DNA of 64,000 nucleotides. It comes from Alphaproteobacteria bacterium CG_4_9_14_3_um_filter_47_13. GTDB lineage: Bacteria > Pseudomonadota > Alphaproteobacteria > Micavibrionales > Micavibrionaceae. The notes beneath the pieces are model-generated. The model did not search any database and had not been told where the DNA came from. It worked only from the letters and a program-made list of their open reading frames with translations. The position numbers and the translations under genes are program-made. The stretch is taken from NCBI GenBank assembly GCA_002789675.1, contig PFTR01000117.1:38762-102761 (forward strand). Direction: 5' to 3'. This document shows positions 59,613-64,000 of the stretch, piece after piece (the first letter of the stretch is position 1; every line of letters starts with the position of its first letter).

Positions 59613-60923
59613 TTATGCTGCCAGTGTTTGTGCCGTTTCCAGTGCCTGATCCAGATCGGCGATCAGATCCTCGATATTTTCAAGACCGATAGATACCCTG
59701 ATCGCATCAGGCAGGGCTCCGGCGTTGATCTTCTGCTGCTCGCTTAACTGGGCATGTGTGGTTGATGCCGGATGGATAATCAGGCTGCGCGTGTCCCCAA
59801 GATTAGCGAGATGGGTAAATAATCTGACATTTTCAACAAGACGGACGGCGGCATCATATCCGGCTTTAAGACCGAAGCTGAAGAGCGAGCTGCTATAGCC
59901 GTTTTTCATGTATTTCCGGGCAAGGGCATAGCTCGGACTATCTTTCAGACCCGTATAGTTAACCCAGGAAACGGCAGGATGGTTTTTGAGATATTCGGCA
60001 ACTTTGAGCGCATTTTTACAATGCTGCTCCATGCGCAAAGGCAGGGTCTGGATACCGAGCATGGTCAGATAGGCGTTCATCGGTTGCTGGTTCAGGCCAA
60101 GATCGCGCAGGCCGACAGCATGGTTATGCATGGCCACAGGGCAGTCTTCAAAGCTCTCGCCGAAGATCATATTATTATAGCTGGCCACTTCCTTACCCAG
60201 AGCAGGATATTTATCGGCGTGTTTCATCCAGTCAAATGTTCCGCCATCAATAACAACGCCGCCCATGGCATTGCCGTGACCGCTCAGATATTTGGTGGTG
60301 GAGTGGGTCACAAGGGACGCGCCATACTCGAAAGGACGGCAGAGATACGGTGTTGCTACAGTATTATCTATAATCAGGGGGATGTGGTTTTTTTCGGCAA
60401 TCTTTCCCAGGGCTTCCAGATCGCTGACGACCCCTTCGGGGTTGGAAATGCTTTCGGCAAACAGAAGTCTGGTATTTTCGGTAATAGCGCGTTCAAAATT
60501 TTCCGGATCGGTCGGATCGACAAAATGGCATTGCCAGCCGAAAGCGCGGCTGAATGTATCACGAAACTGGCCGACAGAGCCGCCGTAAATTTTGCAGGAG
60601 GATACAAAATCGGCATTCGGACTCATGAGTGCAGAAAAAATTAGCAGATTTGCTGCAAGTCCGGACGGGGTGCAGGTTGCACCGACACCGCCTTCAAGGG
60701 CTGTCATTTTTTCCTCAAGCGCCGAAACAGTCGGGTTGGTCAGACGGGAATAGATAAATGCCCTTTCCTTAAGCGCAAAGGCGTTGGCGGCATGTTGTGT
60801 GCTTTTGAACTGGAAAGCAGCGGCCTGATGGATCGGTGTCCCGCAAGCACCTGTGACGGGATCCGGTTCTGCGCCGGCATGAATGGCGCGTGTTTCGAAG
60901 TGCATCTGGTTCTGTTTTGTCAT
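59613..60923 (-). CDS. metY: O-acetylhomoserine aminocarboxypropyltransferase (sulfhydrylase)
   Basis: Cys/Met-metabolism PLP enzyme. PLP-lysine context HSTTKYLSGHG. 436 aa, MetY-like length. Confidence 0.85.
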   Translation of the reverse strand: MTKQNQMHFETRAIHAGAEPDPVTGACGTPIHQAAAFQFKSTQHAANAFALKERAFIYSRLTNPTVSALEEKMTALEGGVGATCTPSGLAANLLIFSALMSPNADFVSSCKIYGGSVGQFRDTFSRAFGWQCHFVDPTDPENFERAITENTRLLFAESISNPEGVVSDLEALGKIAEKNHIPLIIDNTVATPYLCRPFEYGASLVTHSTTKYLSGHGNAMGGVVIDGGTFDWMKHADKYPALGKEVASYNNMIFGESFEDCPVAMHNHAVGLRDLGLNQQPMNAYLTMLGIQTLPLRMEQHCKNALKVAEYLKNHPAVSWVNYTGLKDSPSYALARKYMKNGYSSSLFSFGLKAGYDAAVRLVENVRLFTHLANLGDTRSLIIHPASTTHAQLSEQQKINAGALPDAIRVSIGLENIEDLIADLDQALETAQTLAA

Positions 60924-61125
60924 CTGTGGCTCCTCCTGCCTTAAGGGGTGGTATTATAGTACCGCTTGTGTAGTCCCCTGTAATTTATAAGTTTTTTATA
61001 TGTAAGGTCTCTTTTTTGGTTGACAGAGACATCTGTTCTCTGACATAAAGCACATAATTCTAGAAAACGCTAGAAATCGTGTAAAAAAAAGCCTGTTTAT
61101 TTAGGCATAGAGAAAGCGGATTGCA

Positions 61126-61584
61126 ATGAAAACTTATAGTGCAAAGCCAAACGAGATCGAAAAGAAATGGATCATCGTTGATGCGGAAGGGGTATCTCTG
61201 GGTCGTTTGTCCAGTATTGTGGCCATGCGGCTGCGCGGTAAACACAAACCGATGTTCACGCCCCATATGGATTGTGGTGACAATGTTATTGTCGTGAATG
61301 CCGAGAAAGTCCGTTTGACGGGAAACAAAAGAAGCGGGGATCTTTTTTATTGGCATACAGGATATCCGGGCGGCATTAAAAGCCGTACCAAAGGCGAAAT
61401 TCTGGATGGAAAATTCCCGCAGCGTGTTGTTGAAAAAGCAGTTGAGCGTATGTTGCCGTCAGGCGCATTGGGTCGCAGCGTTTTTAAAAATCTGCGTGTT
61501 TATGCCGGAACAGACCATCCCCATGAAGCGCAAAAGCCGGAAGCGCTTGATGTTGCTGCAATGAATCCTAAAAACAAAAGGTAA
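61126..61584 (+). CDS. rplM: 50S ribosomal protein L13
   Basis: [42 protein letters not shown] is L13-like. Confidence 0.95.
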   Translation: MKTYSAKPNEIEKKWIIVDAEGVSLGRLSSIVAMRLRGKHKPMFTPHMDCGDNVIVVNAEKVRLTGNKRSGDLFYWHTGYPGGIKSRTKGEILDGKFPQRVVEKAVERMLPSGALGRSVFKNLRVYAGTDHPHEAQKPEALDVAAMNPKNKR

Positions 61585-62150
61585 TGATAATGGCTACGAA
61601 TAAAGATGATAATGCAACTGAAGCCAAATCCGACACAATGGTCAAGGATCTGAAAGATCTCAAGGATTTGAAAAGCGCAGTGAAAACAGAGGCGCCAAAA
61701 GTTCCGGTGACAACTGATCCTGTAGCGACTGAACAGGAAAAACGTGTTCCGAAGCTGGATAAGTTTGGCCGTTCCTATGGAACAGGTCGCCGTAAGGATG
61801 CCGTTGCCCGTGTCTGGCTCAAGCCCGGCAAAGGCAAGGTGATTGTCAACGGACGTGACCAGACAGTTTATTTTGCGCGTCAGACACAGCGGCTGATTCT
61901 TAATCAACCTTTCCTGATTGTAAACAGGGTTGGATCTTTTGATGTCATGGCGACAGTCAAAGGCGGCGGGTTATCCGGTCAGGCGGGCGCTGTTCGTCAC
62001 GGTATTTCGCGGGCTCTGGAGAATTTCGAGCCTGATTTGCGGCCTGCTCTGAAAAAAGCAGGCATGCTGACGCGGGATGCGCGGACTGTCGAGCGGAAAA
62101 AAGTCGGCCTGCACAAAGCGCGTCGTTCCAAGCAGTGGGCAAAACGCTAG
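61584..62150 (+). CDS. rpsI: 30S ribosomal protein S9 (with extended N-terminus)
   Basis: [14 protein letters not shown] ... [11 protein letters not shown]. The ATG overlaps the rplM stop. An alternative start exists at 61590. Confidence 0.9.
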   Translation: MIMATNKDDNATEAKSDTMVKDLKDLKDLKSAVKTEAPKVPVTTDPVATEQEKRVPKLDKFGRSYGTGRRKDAVARVWLKPGKGKVIVNGRDQTVYFARQTQRLILNQPFLIVNRVGSFDVMATVKGGGLSGQAGAVRHGISRALENFEPDLRPALKKAGMLTRDARTVERKKVGLHKARRSKQWAKR

Positions 62151-62176
62151 ATCTTATTTTGTTATTATTTCAAAAA

Positions 62177-62207
62177 GGCGCTTTCATTGTAAAGCGCCTT
62201 TTGTTTA
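62177..62207 (+). terminator. intrinsic terminator after rpsI
   Basis: GGCGCTTT-CATTGT-AAAGCGCC followed by TTTTGTTT. Confidence 0.8.
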
Positions 62208-62216
62208 TAGTCGCTT

Positions 62217-62729
62217 ATGTGTGCTTTGATCCGTCCTTATAAAGAGAAAAAACCTGTGATTGCAGCATCGGCTTTTATTGCCGAAAATGCCGTGATTGCG
62301 GGGGATGTGGTTATTGGTGCGGAGAGCAGTATCTGGTATGGCTGCACATTGCGCGGTGATGTCAACGTCATTAGAATTGGCGCACGTAGCAATATTCAGG
62401 ATCATAGTATGATTCATGTTTCTTCTTTTGGTCATGCCACGATTATCGGCGATGATGTGACGGTGGGGCATATGGCACTTTTACATGCCTGTACGCTGGA
62501 GGATGGTTCCTTTGTCGGAATGAAGGCCTGCCTTATGGATGGCGCGCTTGTTGAACGCGGCGCGATGGTGGCGGCAGGGGCGCTGGTGACGCCGGGGAAA
62601 ACGATTCCTTCCGGCCAGCTCTGGGGAGGGGCGCCTGCACGATTTATGCGCAACTTAACGGTAGACGATGTAAAGCATATGGCCTGGTCTTCAGCGCACT
62701 ATGTCCGGCTAGCGAAAGAATATTGTTAA
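62217..62729 (+). CDS. gamma-class carbonic anhydrase family (hexapeptide-repeat) protein
   Basis: Left-handed beta-helix repeats (VIAGDVVIGAESSIWYGCTLRGDVNVIRIGARSNIQDHSMIH). 170 aa. Confidence 0.8.
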   Translation: MCALIRPYKEKKPVIAASAFIAENAVIAGDVVIGAESSIWYGCTLRGDVNVIRIGARSNIQDHSMIHVSSFGHATIIGDDVTVGHMALLHACTLEDGSFVGMKACLMDGALVERGAMVAAGALVTPGKTIPSGQLWGGAPARFMRNLTVDDVKHMAWSSAHYVRLAKEYC

Positions 62730-64000
62730 TTCGCTTTCATCTTGACGTAAGAGCCGGGCGCCTCTTCAAGAGGTTTATGTTTTGCGCTCCCGATTTTACG
62801 TGCTGCTATTGTTCCGTTGCCGTATTCTTTGATCCAGTCCTGCCAGTGCGTCCACCATGACCCGCTATGACATGTCGCATTTTTGAGCCATTTTTCAGGG
62901 TCGGCGGGGGTTTGATCCGAAGTCCAGTAACAATATTTATTTTTATAGGGCGGATTGACAACGCCCGATACATGGCCGGATGCGGCCAGAGTAAAGGTTA
63001 TGTTTCCTTTTAGTAATTGTGTTCCGGCATAGGTTGCCTGCCATGGGGCAATATGATCTTCTTTGGTTGATAGAAAATAACAGGGGGTTTTGATTTTGTT
63101 AATATCAATGTTAACGCCGTCCATGGTGACCCCCCCCGGCTTTACCAGCAGGTTATCGTGGTAGAGCTTGCGGATATAAAAACTGTGCATGGCTGCAGGC
63201 ATGTTGGTTGAATCGTCATTCCAGTAGAGTAGGTCAAACGGAAACGGTTCGCGTCCCATAAGATAATTATTGACGACAAAAGACCAGATCAGGTCATTGG
63301 AGCGTAGCAGAGAAAATGTCTGGCGCAGATGGTCAGCATCCAGATATCCTTGTGCAGCCATTTGCTTGTCCAGTGATTTGATCTGGGAATCATCCATGAA
63401 CAGCTTCATGTCCCCGGCGTGTTCAAAATCAATTAATGTGGTCAGAAAGGTAACAGAAGCAATTCGGTCGGCCTGCTTTTTTGCAGCCAGCCATGCCAGT
63501 GTCATTGTCAGCAGGGTCCCCCCCAGACAATAGCCAACGACATTGCAGTCAGGCTCTCCGGTTAATGTTTCAATCTGTTCCAGCGCATTGAAAACGCCTT
63601 CTTCCATATAATTTTCAAAACGCTTTTGCGCGAGTTTCTTATCCGGATTCACCCAGGACAGAATAAAGACAGTGTGACCTTGTTCAACGAGCCATTTGAC
63701 GTATGAATTTTCTGGTTGTAAATCAAGGATATAGAATTTATTGATCCAGGGGGGTACGATAAGAACGGGTCTTTTGAATACCTTATCTGTCGTTGCCTGA
63801 TATTGTATAAGTTGCATCAGTTCATTCTGGTAGACGACTTTTCCTTTTGTTATTGCGATATTTTCTCCGACTTTAAAGGCATTATAATCAGTTGTACTTA
63901 TTTTTAATTGCCCCTTGCCACGTTTCATATCCTCGATGAGATTTTCAAGGCCGCGTACAAGATTTTCGCCTTTTGAATCGAGTGTTGCCTGAATAACTTC
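62726..64000 (-). CDS. phaC: class I poly(R)-hydroxyalkanoate synthase, 5' end outside the window
   Basis: Lipase-box Cys GYCLGG and the C-terminal GHVSGVVNPP block. The reading frame stays open upstream of the track start at 63928 (…LENLIEDMKRGKGQLK…) to the window edge. Confidence 0.85.
   Translation of the reverse strand, partial: EVIQATLDSKGENLVRGLENLIEDMKRGKGQLKISTTDYNAFKVGENIAITKGKVVYQNELMQLIQYQATTDKVFKRPVLIVPPWINKFYILDLQPENSYVKWLVEQGHTVFILSWVNPDKKLAQKRFENYMEEGVFNALEQIETLTGEPDCNVVGYCLGGTLLTMTLAWLAAKKQADRIASVTFLTTLIDFEHAGDMKLFMDDSQIKSLDKQMAAQGYLDADHLRQTFSLLRSNDLIWSFVVNNYLMGREPFPFDLLYWNDDSTNMPAAMHSFYIRKLYHDNLLVKPGGVTMDGVNIDINKIKTPCYFLSTKEDHIAPWQATYAGTQLLKGNITFTLAASGHVSGVVNPPYKNKYCYWTSDQTPADPEKWLKNATCHSGSWWTHWQDWIKEYGNGTIAARKIGSAKHKPLEEAPGSYVKMKAN

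Noticed and set aside
60924-61125. Possible SAM riboswitch or attenuator in the metY leader. Mutually exclusive hairpins exist: AGAGAC 61025..61030 can pair with GTCTCT 61007..61012, and the overlapping CAGAGA 61024..61029 with TCTCTG 61037..61042.
   Set aside because: No SAM-II/SAM-V hallmark (AAAGCU pseudoknot strand) and no U-tract after either hairpin. The region also has to hold the divergent rplM promoter (TTGACA at 61020). It needs an Rfam scan and TSS mapping before any claim.
1-64000. Search by eye for CRISPR arrays, IS ends or transposases, integrases, phage genes, restriction-modification genes, toxin-antitoxin pairs and rRNA.
   Set aside because: None found. All intergenic regions longer than 150 bp (4442..4760, 21197..21388, 24170..24335, 36880..37118, 43712..44295, 46288..46469, 60924..61125) lack spaced direct repeats or terminal inverted repeats. 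The RHH_4 gene at 21389 has no toxin partner.

Overview
This 64-kb window reads as core chromosome of a flagellated, PHB-accumulating alphaproteobacterium of moderate GC. Supporting gene orders are bamE / ubiquinol-cytochrome-c chaperone / yceD-rpmF-plsX-fabH-ihfA-merR, rpiB-glyA-nrdR, phaR next to phaAB, an RHH_4 gene next to fumC, and L,D-transpeptidase + DUF882. I call 66 protein genes. One (rpmF, 59 aa) is absent from the ORF track, one (prfB) needs the classical programmed +1 frameshift, and one (class I phaC) is cut by the window end. I also call 2 tRNAs (Gly-CCC, Pro-GGG), four intrinsic terminators and a few promoter-like sites. I saw no rRNA, CRISPR array, IS/transposase, integrase, phage gene, or recognisable defence or toxin-antitoxin module. 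Most of the window is housekeeping, and I cannot point to a clear-cut novel multi-gene system. The best unexplained candidates are: (1) two adjacent secreted proteins (7626..11238) that share an N-terminal two-cysteine domain I do not recognise. The first is translationally coupled to prfB and ends in a TcpQ/PilL-like domain; the second carries a ~320-aa coiled coil. (2) An AT-rich three-lipoprotein cassette directly downstream of tRNA-Pro (56313..57816). (3) A glycine-zipper membrane ORF with its own near-consensus promoter, inserted between purE and purK (24170..24874). (4) A near-perfect sigma-54 -24/-12 element in front of the DUF882/MepK-like endopeptidase gene (29727..29742). (5) A 584-bp AT-rich non-coding gap where the riboflavin operon normally sits between nrdR and nusB. 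All family assignments come from motif recognition by eye and none were verified by search.
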